Shown: positions 18,440-29,070, counted from the stretch's first letter. The stretch: DNA of 64,000 nucleotides from Acidobacteriota bacterium (GCA_965205505.1 CBDBHB010000009.1:1-64000); one strand, 5' to 3'. Made by a program: numbers and translations. Notes: generated by a model not told the origin, from the letters alone.

Positions 18440-20947
18440 ATGAGATCGACGCGCCTGCACTGGCGGCATCTGCCACTTTCCGTCGGCCTGTTTGATGGCT
18501 CTACTACTCTGGAGCCGACGTGGGAAGGGGCCCGCACGAAAGCTTCCTTACCGGCGGGGACGCTTGTGCCGATGGGGCCCACCGCTTCCGCTACGCCAGC
18601 CATGGCGCGCAAGCTCCGTGTGGCTCCAGGCGGCCGGACTCGGTGGTGCCCAGGACGGGCGCGAGAGCATTGCGCTCTTGCGTTGCTCACACTGGCGAGC
18701 CTGGCGATCTCGGCAGCCTTCCCGGTGCCGGCGGTAGGATCGTCGCCTCAGGAGCCGGACGGCGCGCCCGCACCCGATAGCGCCGCTGCCAGCATGAACG
18801 TCGTCCGCGCCCTCGAGCCGCCCGTGATGGACGGTATCGTGGACGAATCCAGCTGGACGCTGGCCGATGTCGCCACCAACTTCCTGCAACGCGAGCCGCG
18901 GGAAGGTCAGCCGGCAACCGAGCGCACCGAGGTCCGTATTCTCTACGACGATGAGAACCTCTATGTCAGCCTGATCGCCTACGATAGCGACCCGAGCGCC
19001 ATCATAGCCACCGAGCTGCGACGCGACGCGATCGGGCACCAATTCCGTAGGTCGGACGATACCTTCACCGTTCTGCTCGATACCTTCAACGACGGCCGCA
19101 GCGCGTTCCAGTTCACCGTTAACCCCCTCGGCACGCGCTACGATGCCACCATCCGCAACGAGAGCGAGGTCAACTCCGATTGGGATGAGGCCTGGGAAGC
19201 GGCGGCACAGATCACCTCGCGTGGATGGGAGGCAGAGCTGGTGATCCCGCTGCGGATCCTGCGCTACTCGTCAGGTGCCTCGGATTGGGGTGTCGACTTC
19301 GAGCGCCAGATCCTGCGCAAGAACGAGCAGGTGGCCTGGAGCAACTACCGGCGCGACTTCCAGTTCATCGCCGTGTCGCAGGCCGGCGACCTGCGCGGCT
19401 TCCAGAACCTGTCGGTCACCCAGCGCTTCCGTCTGCGGCCCTACTTTCTTGGCACCGTCACGTCGTTGTTCGAGGACCCCGGGCGCACCAACAACGTCGA
19501 CGAGCAGCTCGGCATCGACGACCTCAAGATCCAGCTCACCTCGAACCTGACCGCCGACCTGACCTATAACACCGACTTCGCCCAGGTCGAGCTCGACGAG
19601 CAACGCGTCAACCTGACACGCTTCGACCTGTTTTTTCCCGAGAAACGCGACTTCTTCCTCGAGGGGGCCAACAACTTCAGCTTTGGCCAGCAGTCCGGTC
19701 TTTCCGGCGGCTTCGATGGGCCGGTGCTTCAATTGTTCCACTCGCGCAACATCGGGCTGTCGGAGTTCGGCGAGCCACTACCGATCGACTTCGGCGTCAA
19801 GATGACCGGCAAGGTGGGCAGCGGCAACATCGGGTTGCTGAACGTGCAGACGGGTGACTCCGATCTCGGCGAGGGGCGCAACTACACGGCCCTGCGCTGG
19901 CGACAGGATATCCTCGAGCGATCGTCTGTCGGCGCGCTGGTGACCAACGTCGAGGGACCGGACGGCGCCACGAACACGGTGATCGGCGCCGACGTCAACT
20001 TCACGTTCCTCGATCACCTCAACATCTCGGCTTTCGGTGCCCGGGCAACCACCGATAGCCTCGCCGATGACCTTGAGGACATCGACGCTGACCACTTCCG
20101 CGCCCGAGCCACCGACGACCTCGACGAGGAAGGCAAGTACGCCGGTCAGTTCCGCATCGGGTGGCAAAGCGATCTGTGGACCGCCAGCGTCGATGTGATG
20201 CGCATCGACCCCGGCTTTCGCAGCGACCTGGGCTTTGTTCTTCGCGAGGACGTTGTGCGGCGCGACTACCTAGCGTCATTCAACCCTCGGCCTGATGTCT
20301 CGTGGCTACGTTCGGTGACCTTCGACACCTTTTTTACCACCTTCCACGACACGCGCGGGGACCTCGTGACGCGACAGGGGTCCGCAGGAGCGTTCTTGAA
20401 CTTCGAGTCCGGAGATGCGATCGGCGTCGCCTACCTCAACACCTTCGAGCGACTGGATTTCCCCTTCCAGATCCATCCGGAAGTGACGATCCCTCCCGGC
20501 GAGTACGAGTTCAACAGTTTGGACGTGTTCGCGTTCACCTTCGACGGGCGCAGGATCAGCGCCGCCACGATGGGCACGTTCGGTCAATTCTTCGACGGGA
20601 CGATCCTGTCGCTGTCACCGCAAGTGACGATTCGGTTCAGCGAGAAGCTGCAGCTGTCCCCCGCCTTCAGCTACAACAAGATCGACCTGCCGGGCGGCAG
20701 CTTCACCTCCAACGTGCTCAACGCGCGCGCCAACTACAGCTTCTCGGACCGCTGGCTCACCGACGCGCTGGTGCAATACAACAACCTCTTCAACACCGTG
20801 TCGATCTTCGCGCGTCTGCGCTACATCTATCGCATCGGCGACGATATCTACCTGGTGTACCGTCAGGCCGGCGAGTACGACGGCTTCCAGTTCGGCCGCC
20901 ACGACCGCACCCTGACACTGAAGGTGACGCGCTCGTTCGACTGGTAG
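18440..20947 (+). CDS. CBM9-like + DUF5916 outer-membrane protein; true start probably downstream
   Basis: DGIVDE..W, ERTEVRILYD, NTDFAQVELD..VNLTRFDLFFPEKRDFFLEG, beta-barrel C-terminus. Confidence 0.85.
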   Translation: MRSTRLHWRHLPLSVGLFDGSTTLEPTWEGARTKASLPAGTLVPMGPTASATPAMARKLRVAPGGRTRWCPGRAREHCALALLTLASLAISAAFPVPAVGSSPQEPDGAPAPDSAAASMNVVRALEPPVMDGIVDESSWTLADVATNFLQREPREGQPATERTEVRILYDDENLYVSLIAYDSDPSAIIATELRRDAIGHQFRRSDDTFTVLLDTFNDGRSAFQFTVNPLGTRYDATIRNESEVNSDWDEAWEAAAQITSRGWEAELVIPLRILRYSSGASDWGVDFERQILRKNEQVAWSNYRRDFQFIAVSQAGDLRGFQNLSVTQRFRLRPYFLGTVTSLFEDPGRTNNVDEQLGIDDLKIQLTSNLTADLTYNTDFAQVELDEQRVNLTRFDLFFPEKRDFFLEGANNFSFGQQSGLSGGFDGPVLQLFHSRNIGLSEFGEPLPIDFGVKMTGKVGSGNIGLLNVQTGDSDLGEGRNYTALRWRQDILERSSVGALVTNVEGPDGATNTVIGADVNFTFLDHLNISAFGARATTDSLADDLEDIDADHFRARATDDLDEEGKYAGQFRIGWQSDLWTASVDVMRIDPGFRSDLGFVLREDVVRRDYLASFNPRPDVSWLRSVTFDTFFTTFHDTRGDLVTRQGSAGAFLNFESGDAIGVAYLNTFERLDFPFQIHPEVTIPPGEYEFNSLDVFAFTFDGRRISAATMGTFGQFFDGTILSLSPQVTIRFSEKLQLSPAFSYNKIDLPGGSFTSNVLNARANYSFSDRWLTDALVQYNNLFNTVSIFARLRYIYRIGDDIYLVYRQAGEYDGFQFGRHDRTLTLKVTRSFDW

Positions 20948-21079
20948 CGCCTGCCAGCTCCCACATTCGCATGCAAGTCACTGATTCTGTTGGTTGAGAT
21001 TCTAGCCACGGCCGAGCGGCCCGGCACCTCGAAGACCTCCCGGTACGCGGCCCGCTGGCTCGCTCTGCCGAGCCGAGCG

Positions 21080-21853
21080 TCACTGGTCGAAGCGGAACGC
21101 TACCGTCGTATCGCCGCCGGCAATCGTGATCTGCTGGCTCAGCGTGCCGAGTACCTCGTGCCGAGCCTCGATGACATAGGAGCCATCCGGCACCTCGCCG
21201 ATCTCGAAGTTGCCGTTGGCGTCCGTGACGGCGTGGAACGGGTGGCCGAACACGCTCAGGAACGCCGACATCCACGGGTGTATGTCGCAGCGGATCGGAA
21301 TGCCGAGTTCGGGATTCGCGAAGGCACGCCGAGTCTCGAATCCCTGGAACGGCTGGCCGACGTTGAAGGCTGGGTTGGCCTCAGGCTCCGCGTGCATATT
21401 GTGCAACGTCATGTCGCTGTTGCGGAACACTACAGTTTGGCCGACCGAAGCGCTTATCACATGGGGTGTGTACACACAGGCCCGCTGATCGAGCAGGACT
21501 TCCGAATCGCTGCTGCGGCCGACCGGGGCGTCGCGGAGGTAAACGACCACGTTGCGAAGCCCGCCCGACGAGCCGACCCCTACGGGACGGAGGATCATAG
21601 GCTCGTCGTGCTGCGTAGCGCAGAAGGGGTCGGCCGCCAGCAATGCCGTCGGCGCTACCTCCGGCTGGGTGCCGCCGAATGTCACTCTGCCTTGCACCGA
21701 TCCCTGGCGCGGCGAAGAGCGCGTTGCGGTCTCCACGGCAGGCCGCCCAGCCACCGCGCCTGACGCCAAGACGACCGCGGCGAACACTGCCACGAGTCCC
21801 GGCAACGCGCGTATGCGAGAGCCCGCAAACGCCGACGTGGCGCTCGTTACCAT
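21080..21853 (-). CDS. Periplasmic cupredoxin-like / carboxypeptidase-regulatory-like domain protein
   Basis: LDQRACVYTPHV, NSD..LHNMH, CDIHPWM (Cys/His/Met ligand-like), VTDANGNF. Confidence 0.75.
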   Translation of the reverse strand: MVTSATSAFAGSRIRALPGLVAVFAAVVLASGAVAGRPAVETATRSSPRQGSVQGRVTFGGTQPEVAPTALLAADPFCATQHDEPMILRPVGVGSSGGLRNVVVYLRDAPVGRSSDSEVLLDQRACVYTPHVISASVGQTVVFRNSDMTLHNMHAEPEANPAFNVGQPFQGFETRRAFANPELGIPIRCDIHPWMSAFLSVFGHPFHAVTDANGNFEIGEVPDGSYVIEARHEVLGTLSQQITIAGGDTTVAFRFDQ

Positions 21854-22965
21854 CCGTCCAGAAAGCCGCCATCGAACCAATCCCATAGGACGTACATTAA
21901 CAACTGGGTGCTGCGCGCGTCGGAACCGGTGAGCGGTATGCGGACGCCTACGTTCAACAGCACGTGCTGGCGCCGATTCAGCGATACCTGCAGCTGCGGA
22001 ACCAGGCTCCAATTAACCCAGGCGCGATCCTTCAGCTCGACGCTACCGAGCACCTCGACCATAGGCGACCAGGTCCGACCGAAGCCACCTTGGCTCCAGC
22101 TACCGCCCAACACCGCGCGCCAGAGCGCTTCGTGGTCGACTTTCGCCGTATCGGTTGACAGCTCGACGGCGCCGAACAGCTGCAGGAACAGGTCGCTCGG
22201 TAGCAGCTGGCCGTACGCTACAAAGGGCTCGAAGCTCGTAGTGCCGGTGCCGAGGCCTTGGTCGCTTCTCCCCGTCGGCAGGATCACCTCGCCGCCGATC
22301 GAGGCGATAGAACCGCCGTCGATACTGTGATGCACGGTGTGCTTCACGGCGACGGCGACGTCACCGATGCCGACGTCGCCCCAGCCGTCGGTGGCCGAGA
22401 ACTCGCGGGCCCCGAACGGCACCTCGATCTCCCACATGCTGCGCGGCCCGAAGCGCTTCTCGTAGGTGATCTCGTGGAGCACGGCGCCAGCGCCGCTGGT
22501 GTTGACCCCGAGCGTGTAGACGGCTTCGTCCTCGGGATACGCCTTCTCCGTAACGATCGCGCGCGGCATGTTGAGCTCGCCGCGCGGCCAGCGCTCGTCA
22601 ACGCAGAAGGTGCGCGTGTAGTCGATGATGAGCTGTAGCTGCTGCATCGTGAAGGCCTCGCCGTAGGCCGGCATGCTGGTGCTGAAGCCGCGCGAGGCAC
22701 CGCCTTGATGCGTCACCGTGATCCAGTCACCGTCAGGCTCGCGCTCGGCGAAGGAGCAGTCGGTGAAGTCGGGTAGAGGGTCGTCGAAAGCGACTGTGTC
22801 AAGATCGACGCCACGACCTTCGACTCCGTGACAGCTGGCGCAGCCGATCTCGTAGAGTCCCTTGCCTGTGGTCGGAATCTGCATTCCCTGGGCCAGCGCC
22901 ACGGCCGGAACTCCGACGCTGGCGAAGAATACGACCAGCGGCGCGATCCTCACCCCGCTCGTCAT
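21847..22965 (-). CDS. Monoheme cytochrome c fused to a beta-barrel-like C-terminal domain
   Basis: Signal peptide, CASCH, distal MPAYG, then amphipathic strands (GIGDVAVAVK, LPTG...GLGTG). Confidence 0.75.
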   Translation of the reverse strand: MTSGVRIAPLVVFFASVGVPAVALAQGMQIPTTGKGLYEIGCASCHGVEGRGVDLDTVAFDDPLPDFTDCSFAEREPDGDWITVTHQGGASRGFSTSMPAYGEAFTMQQLQLIIDYTRTFCVDERWPRGELNMPRAIVTEKAYPEDEAVYTLGVNTSGAGAVLHEITYEKRFGPRSMWEIEVPFGAREFSATDGWGDVGIGDVAVAVKHTVHHSIDGGSIASIGGEVILPTGRSDQGLGTGTTSFEPFVAYGQLLPSDLFLQLFGAVELSTDTAKVDHEALWRAVLGGSWSQGGFGRTWSPMVEVLGSVELKDRAWVNWSLVPQLQVSLNRRQHVLLNVGVRIPLTGSDARSTQLLMYVLWDWFDGGFLDGW

Positions 22966-23219
22966 GCGTCCCGCTTCCGCCGAGTTCTCTGCATCGCCTC
23001 CTGCTTCATAAGGAGGACATCGTATCGCCCGCGGCCCCGAACAGGGGGGACTGCGGCTTCGCAGACGGCCATGAGACAGCGGCTCCCGAGCGACCGAAAT
23101 AGATCATTGGGCACCTCCTCGCTGAGTCTTGGATCCGGTCGGCTTCGCGAGGCGCCGGGCCGTGTTGCGGATCCCGAGGATACTCGTGCGACGTGCGGCT
23201 AGGAATGGGGTCGTCGCGG

Positions 23220-23681
23220 CTACGAGCCGGGGTGCCGCCAAGCGAACAAAAGGCCCAGCAGCCCGATCACGGTCATCGTGCCCGGTGCCAGCACCGGTGT
23301 GGCTCCGGCCATCGACTCGCGAAACAGCTCCATTCCGGCCCGATCCGGGTACATCTCGCGCTCGAACTCGACGTTGCCGGAGTAGTGCAGCCAATTGCCC
23401 ACCACGCCGCTGAGCACACACGCCACCATGAGCGCGCGCCACCACGCCAGTACGCGGCGGCCAGGCACCCGCCAGGCGATGGTCCCTAGCAGCGCCACGG
23501 CGCCCATCAGCACGAGCGGCAACAGCTGCCACCAGTCCTCGAAGTGACCGATAAGCAACAGCTCGACGAACGTCCCCGCGCTGCCGAACAGCAGGATCAA
23601 GAGGATGCCCCGACGGAGCATTCCGGCGGTGGCGGCAGGGACCGCCGCATCGCTAGTTGGATCTTCCGGCGGCGACCTCAC
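23220..23681 (-). CDS. Small four-TM membrane protein
   Basis: ELLLIGHFED.WQ..P, G..LHY.GN.EFE.E, P.LAPG. Confidence 0.7.
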   Translation of the reverse strand: MRSPPEDPTSDAAVPAATAGMLRRGILLILLFGSAGTFVELLLIGHFEDWWQLLPLVLMGAVALLGTIAWRVPGRRVLAWWRALMVACVLSGVVGNWLHYSGNVEFEREMYPDRAGMELFRESMAGATPVLAPGTMTVIGLLGLLFAWRHPGS

Positions 23682-23692
23682 GCCCCCGAGCC

Positions 23693-24328
23693 TCAGTTCG
23701 AGTCGATCTTCACGTAACGCTCGAACCGGGCCACCTCGTCATCGTCGACGTACTTGCCGATCTCGCGCCGGAACTGCTCGATGGCCGCGTAGGGCCGATA
23801 CTCCTCGAACTCGTGGATCATGCGCGGTCCGATGCCAGGGATGGTGCCGAGTTGCTCCGACGTCGCGGTGTTGAGATCGAGCGGCACGAACACGTACTGC
23901 TCGAGGCGTGCCACCTCCTCGTCGTCGACGTACTTGCCGATCTCACGCCGAAACTGCGCCAAGCCGGCGTATGGACGGTACTCCTCGAACTCGTGGGCCA
24001 TGCGACGACCGACGCCGGGAATCAATTGGATCTCGGCATCCGTGGCCAGGTTCAGGTTCAGTGGCAGCCACAGTGACGAGTACACGACATCGCGCTGCTC
24101 GTTGCTGAGGCCCGCTCCAATGGCCGCGTCGAGCGACGCGATGCTCAGCCAAGGGCGCCCGTCGACGATGGTCTCAGCGCCGGTCGCCCCGACGTGCGGC
24201 ACGGTGGCGAGCTCGTCCTTGGAGGCCAGGTTGGGGTTGAGCAGCGACGCGTTGGTCCCGACTTGGGCCGAGGCTGAGGTTACGATCAATAGCAGAGCGG
24301 CGGTCACGACGAGGAAGCGCGGGCGCAT
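23693..24328 (-). CDS. Secreted helix-hairpin-helix repeat protein (ComEA-like motifs x3)
   Basis: LNxNxA...L..IPG(V/I)G repeated three times; the last two repeats are nearly identical. Confidence 0.85.
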   Translation of the reverse strand: MRPRFLVVTAALLLIVTSASAQVGTNASLLNPNLASKDELATVPHVGATGAETIVDGRPWLSIASLDAAIGAGLSNEQRDVVYSSLWLPLNLNLATDAEIQLIPGVGRRMAHEFEEYRPYAGLAQFRREIGKYVDDEEVARLEQYVFVPLDLNTATSEQLGTIPGIGPRMIHEFEEYRPYAAIEQFRREIGKYVDDDEVARFERYVKIDSN

Positions 24329-24389
24329 GCCGGAGTTCTCCTTTGAGATGTTTCATCGAGCGTTACTGATCTAACTACATCATTCCCAT

Positions 24390-25205
24390 TTATACGCCAC
24401 CCCTGCCGAAGCCGTCAGGGCGAGCGGCAGCGGCATCGGTGAGATCGAGGCCCAGGTTGAACGCCGCGGCGTATCCAGAGCCCGTCTCACTCACCCGGGC
24501 CATCAAGCTCTCGCCACCGTCGTCGCTGAAGATCTCGTCAGTAGCGTTGGTTATCTCGCTCCGCCCCCGCGCCGCGTACGGCGCCAGCGCGTGCACGTGT
24601 TCGGTGAGCGCATCGTCGAAGTAGAGCTGCGAGGTGAACTCGTACGGCTCCCCGGCGACGTCGGTGCGCACCTTGAAGTGCACGTGGACCGTGCGCCCGT
24701 TGTACCAGCCCGGATAGATCGTGGTGAAGCGGGCCGCGCCGTTCGCATCCGTGCGCTGGTAGCCTCGCAAGAACTTCTGGCCTCTTGCCTGGTCGCCGCC
24801 GGCCTCATCGGAGAAACCCGAGTACACGCCGGCGGCATCGCACTGCCACACGTCGATCATCGCGCCGGCCAGCACTCCGCAGGCGTCGCCATCAATTTGC
24901 GACAGGTTGAACGTGAGCGTCAGCGGCACGCCCTCACGCTGCGCTCCGGTCGACGGCTCGGACCGGATGTCAGAGCGGTAGAGCTCCGCGTCGACGAAGA
25001 AAGGCCCTTCGGTCTGTTCCGGCCGCACGACGCAGGCCGGTAGGGTTACAGCAATCCCATCGCCCTGGGGGGCCGCATGCGCCACGTCCGCGCCCGTCCG
25101 AAGAGCCCACCAGCCGGTGGCCAGCGCCCCGCCGCCCACACCGAGGCCGGTGAGAGCCTCGCGCCGCGTCAGTACCCGCAACGATTCGATGTCCTTCGGT
25201 CTCAT
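24390..25205 (-). CDS. Tat-exported intradiol ring-cleavage dioxygenase family protein
   Basis: TRREAL Tat motif, TEGPFF, DVWQCDAAGVYS, TIYPGWYNGRTVHVHFK. Confidence 0.9.
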   Translation of the reverse strand: MRPKDIESLRVLTRREALTGLGVGGGALATGWWALRTGADVAHAAPQGDGIAVTLPACVVRPEQTEGPFFVDAELYRSDIRSEPSTGAQREGVPLTLTFNLSQIDGDACGVLAGAMIDVWQCDAAGVYSGFSDEAGGDQARGQKFLRGYQRTDANGAARFTTIYPGWYNGRTVHVHFKVRTDVAGEPYEFTSQLYFDDALTEHVHALAPYAARGRSEITNATDEIFSDDGGESLMARVSETGSGYAAAFNLGLDLTDAAAARPDGFGRGGV

Positions 25206-25863
25206 GGTTCCCAGTTCTCCTTGGGGTTCGTCGAGTGTACCGAGTTAGTGGGTCTTTCCTAACATCTGACTCTGCCCCCGAGCAAAGGCTTTGTTCCGAG
25301 CCGCACTGGACGCACCCTGAACCGCTGTTTCGAGGAGTCACGACCGCGGTCGGGCTAGGCAACGAAATCGGTCGTCTGGGAGCCGACCCATCGCCTTGCG
25401 GACTCGTTCGTTGCTCTTTGCAAACGACGGTGTATTCCTAGCCATCTCCCGCACAGGACTTCACAATCTTCGTAGAGACTCCGAAGAGACAATATCGCCC
25501 AAGGTTCATGCGAGCCTGGCAAGGATGTGCCTCGTACTACCGGCGACCTGGAGTCTGGGTCGATGCGAATCCGAACAATGCTGGTTAGCTCTGAACTGCA
25601 TTCCACGAATTCGGCGCGCCAGTGGAGGGCATTCGGCCTCGACGCCTCAGATCTCACACGCTCCGATCAGGTGATCTAGATCTAGATCGGTCTTCCAGTC
25701 GTGCCGCCGCCGGTGGCGAGCCGATAACCCCCGATGTACAGTCCGGAACTCTCACTCCGCGCGGACCAGTAAAGGGGGCAGGCCACTGGCTTGAAGCGCC
25801 GCCAAGCCCTGTCCGGTACTGACGACGCTGCCCGACCTGGTGCCCATGCTCGGAATCAAGCCA

Positions 25864-26470
25864 CTATCGACCCGGTAAGAGTTCCGTGGATTTGACTTTG
25901 CTCGAGCGGCTCCTCGAGGTCCTAGTCGGTCGGCCCCTCGTCGTAGCTCTCGGCCACCACTCTGGCGCCGGACAGTTCCGGCTCGCGGGTGATCTTCTTG
26001 CCGGTTGCCCCTCGATGCGCTGGAGTAGGGTCTCAGCGCGCGCAGCGTAGAAGTTCCAGAAGCGGTCCGCGCGCAAAAGCTCAGGCGTGATGCAGTGCGA
26101 AGCAAGGATCTCATTCATACGCCCGTGCTCGATGTCCGCCGCTTTTTCGACCGCGGCCAGGTATTTTGACGGCGCGCGGCCGCCGATCTGGCGGTTAGTA
26201 CGCGCCGAAATGGCGGTCTTGTTGATGACGCTGTTGTAGGTGCCGTGCTCAATGCCAACTGTCCTGCACCACTTCTCTGGGAAGATGTGGTGAATGTCGA
26301 TCCTGTCGTCAAAAAAAGCCTGCGTCTCGATTGGCTCGCCAGTGCGGAAGTCGCGGCAGCCGTCTCGCATCAGCAGCGCATAAAGCCCCTTGTAGGCGGA
26401 GCTGTTGCGGGTGCGCAGCGTCAGCAGGCGGCCAGCCTGGAAGTTCGACTCGGCGATGGTGCCGGGACGC
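25864..26470 (-). pseudogene. C-terminal fragment of a DUF262/GmrSD-like nuclease
   Basis: RLLTLRTRNSSAYKG..IDIHHIFP..NSVINKTAISARTNRQIGGRAPSKYL; N-terminus absent, tail appears frameshifted. Confidence 0.75.
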
Positions 26471-26485
26471 GGAGCGATTGATCCG

Positions 26486-26600
26486 ATGAGCCCGGACGGA
26501 AGGCATCTGCATGCCGCGGGACCTCCGATCCCTGAGTTGCTCGAGGCTATCCGCGTCCACAAGGACGAGATTCTCGCAGCACTCCGGAACGACCGCCAGA
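26486..26600 (+). pseudogene. TubC-N-docking-like small phage/satellite protein fragment
   Basis: DGRHLHAAGPPIPELLEAIRVHKDEILAAL. Confidence 0.45.
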
Positions 26601-26796
26601 GCCTATCGATCGGCTGCCTGAAGCCATCGGATCCCGCATCACCACCCGAGGTTTTCGCCTGTGTATACGCTGCTGAAGCGCCTCGCGGGCCGTTTTGCGC
26701 TTACCCTGCCTCTGGTCGACCGTCGGCCGGCGTCTCCGCACACCTGCGTATGCCTGTTCAACGGGGGCATTCGAAAGTCAGAGCTGCGGCAGTCCC

Positions 26797-26942
26797 GGAT
26801 ACCGCTCAGTGCCCTGACATTTGTAAGCAAAATTCTTCGAGGTCATAAAATGACCACGAAATGACCAGACGCCGAGGACCGCCGACAGACTCCGAAGTTG
26901 TCCGCCGGATACGCTCGAGTAGACGGTATCGGCGGTGGCGCT
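26797..26942 (+). pseudogene. Second copy of the HNH upstream motif and 5' coding end
   Basis: Exact 23-mer GTGCCCTGACATTTGTAAGCAAA shared with 13277-13299, then TDSEVVRRIRSSRRYRRWR. Confidence 0.85.
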
Positions 26943-27345
26943 CGCCCGTTACGTGATGCGCTACCGCCGTCAAGGACCTGGAGGGTAGTTGTCTACAGGG
27001 GTCGGGCGGCGCCGGCAACCTGGCCAGACTCGAACACATAGAGGGTTCGGAGCACCAACAGGACGCCAGCGCCGTCGGCATCTTGAGGCACAGGACATAG
27101 TCGCGACCTTCGTTCGTCGCCGGGCACAGACGGGGTGCCTTTGTTCCCGCTTGCCGGTGTTCAGCGACCGCCGTCGACACCAGCCCTCGCGGGCGTTTCT
27201 GCGGGGAGAGTCCTGCTGTGGTCCCAAAGCCGATGCGCCCAGGTCCTGCGTACCGCCGAACTCGCGGTCCGGAAGCATCCGCGGACCTGAGCCTGGCACG
27301 GGCTGGCTTAGAGATCGGCCGCAAGTGCCGTCGGCTCGCCCTCTC

Positions 27346-28179
27346 TCAGGTCGCCAGGCCGATGGCGGAGAGCCGACCCGAGATCTCCCGCAAGCGCAGC
27401 CACTGCTGGTAGTAGAAGGGAAGCAACATGACCGATTCGACGAACTGGAAGACGTACATCACGACGGCGAAGACCATTCCGTATTCGAAGGTCTGGTCCG
27501 CTGCCTCTCCGATGGTGAACACCAGCAAGCCGATCATGAACAGCCACACGATCCCGAAGTTGGCGGCTTCCAGATCCGAGAGCCTGATGTTCCAGCGCAT
27601 CATGTCGCGAAGGTGTAAGCCGACACGGACGGCGTCACCGCTGGCGACGGCGTCGACTTGCCGTTCGTGCTCGTCGTTGAGCCCTTCGTTGTAGCGCGTG
27701 GTCAGCCCTCCGGTCAGCGCGTACAGGGCAATCGTGGCGCCTGTGACGGCTAGGCAGGCGAGGAAGACCGGAAAGTTCAGGGCCGACAGGATGAGGATCG
27801 TCCCGGCGAGTCCGACGAGGCTGGTGATGAGCCCGGGCAGAGAGTTCTCGAAGAACTCGACGATCTCCCGCAGCATCCCTAGACGCGCCGTCGTTGTCGA
27901 TGTCCCGGTCTCGGGATGCTGCTCGAGAAGCTCCTCCCCCAGCCGCGCGTAGATCCGGGCGTATGCCCTGCTGTCGACGATCCGCCGGGCGATCCCGATC
28001 CCCATGGCGACGATACCGAGCCCGGCCAACTGGTAGAGCCCGCGCGGCGAATCTGTCAGGACCCCGTCGATGGCCCGGCCGATGGCCAGCGGGAACAGGG
28101 TCCATCCCGCGGCTTCCAACACGACCAGCGACAGGGTGAGCGCGAAACGACCCGCGAAGCGCTTCAGCAGCGTGTGCAC
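27346..28179 (-). CDS. ABC transporter six-transmembrane-domain-only protein
   Basis: LFPLAIGRAIDG, RRIVDSRAYARIY, REIVEFFE, LNDEHERQV, IRLSDLEA. Confidence 0.8.
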   Translation of the reverse strand: MHTLLKRFAGRFALTLSLVVLEAAGWTLFPLAIGRAIDGVLTDSPRGLYQLAGLGIVAMGIGIARRIVDSRAYARIYARLGEELLEQHPETGTSTTTARLGMLREIVEFFENSLPGLITSLVGLAGTILILSALNFPVFLACLAVTGATIALYALTGGLTTRYNEGLNDEHERQVDAVASGDAVRVGLHLRDMMRWNIRLSDLEAANFGIVWLFMIGLLVFTIGEAADQTFEYGMVFAVVMYVFQFVESVMLLPFYYQQWLRLREISGRLSAIGLAT

Positions 28180-28697
28180 AGGCGAGACCCCGGGCTATGA
28201 TGCGGGCCTCCTACCATTGTGGCTGCGTCCGTCTAGGTCGTGGACGACCTCCACCCGGACAAAAGCAGGAAGCTGACGCGCTGCCAGCGCTCAAGGAGCG
28301 TGAGTGCCAGCGGACAGTCCATCCGCCAGTGTATGCGCGGAATCCCGCTAGTGCCAGTGGGTTAGAGCTTCCCGGCTGGTGGCTTCCCCCATCCCGCCTG
28401 CCGTCCCGCCGGCGATGCCCTCAAGGGACCACCACCCGCCCTCCGAGCCGCGTGATTTGTTCCTGGTCATATCGGCGTGCGATCTCGGCCGCGTCTTGCG
28501 GGTCCTAGATGCTCAGGCAACCTCTCCACGAAGACGGCCGCGTCGGCCATCCGCAAGGGAGCGCGGGCGCGAATCCGGAGTACGATCTAGCCGCAGGAGG
28601 GCGAGGAATAAGGGGGACAGCTACGGACGCGGCACCGACCGTACGGCGCCGCGTTGTCCGCGACCCACATGCTCACCGTTTGCGAAAGGATGGAACA

Positions 28698-29054
28698 ATG
28701 GCGACTCGGAAAGCGGCTGCAGTAATTCAAGCGGTTGGAACTGTATTAGCAGCGATATTTATCGTGGGGGGAGCATGGGCGGCCGCACAATCGTTCCAAC
28801 CGAAGTTCGTACGGTGGGGGAACAACGTAGCAAACATTGAGCACCTGATCTTGGTAGGGCAGCAAGATGACGGTTCGGGCTGTTCTGTGATCCTTTCCAC
28901 AACTCTCGTGCGCGTGATCGAAATGCCAGAAGGGCCTCCAAGGACAGGGTTATCCGGCCACACTGTAAACAACGACTTCGAATGCGAAGCCATACGACGG
29001 GCCCTTGGGAAATACACGATCGACGGCAGGGAAAGAACGGCAGGGGAAGAATAG
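28698..29054 (+). CDS. Small secreted hypothetical protein
   Basis: RBS AGGA, hydrophobic signal-like N-terminus, two Cys, lower GC. Confidence 0.55.
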   Translation: MATRKAAAVIQAVGTVLAAIFIVGGAWAAAQSFQPKFVRWGNNVANIEHLILVGQQDDGSGCSVILSTTLVRVIEMPEGPPRTGLSGHTVNNDFECEAIRRALGKYTIDGRERTAGEE

Positions 29055-29070
29055 TGGAGGTACAATTCCT

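Noticed and set aside
25673-25688. Palindrome GATCTAGATCTAGATC
   Set aside because: A single low-complexity occurrence with no supporting context.
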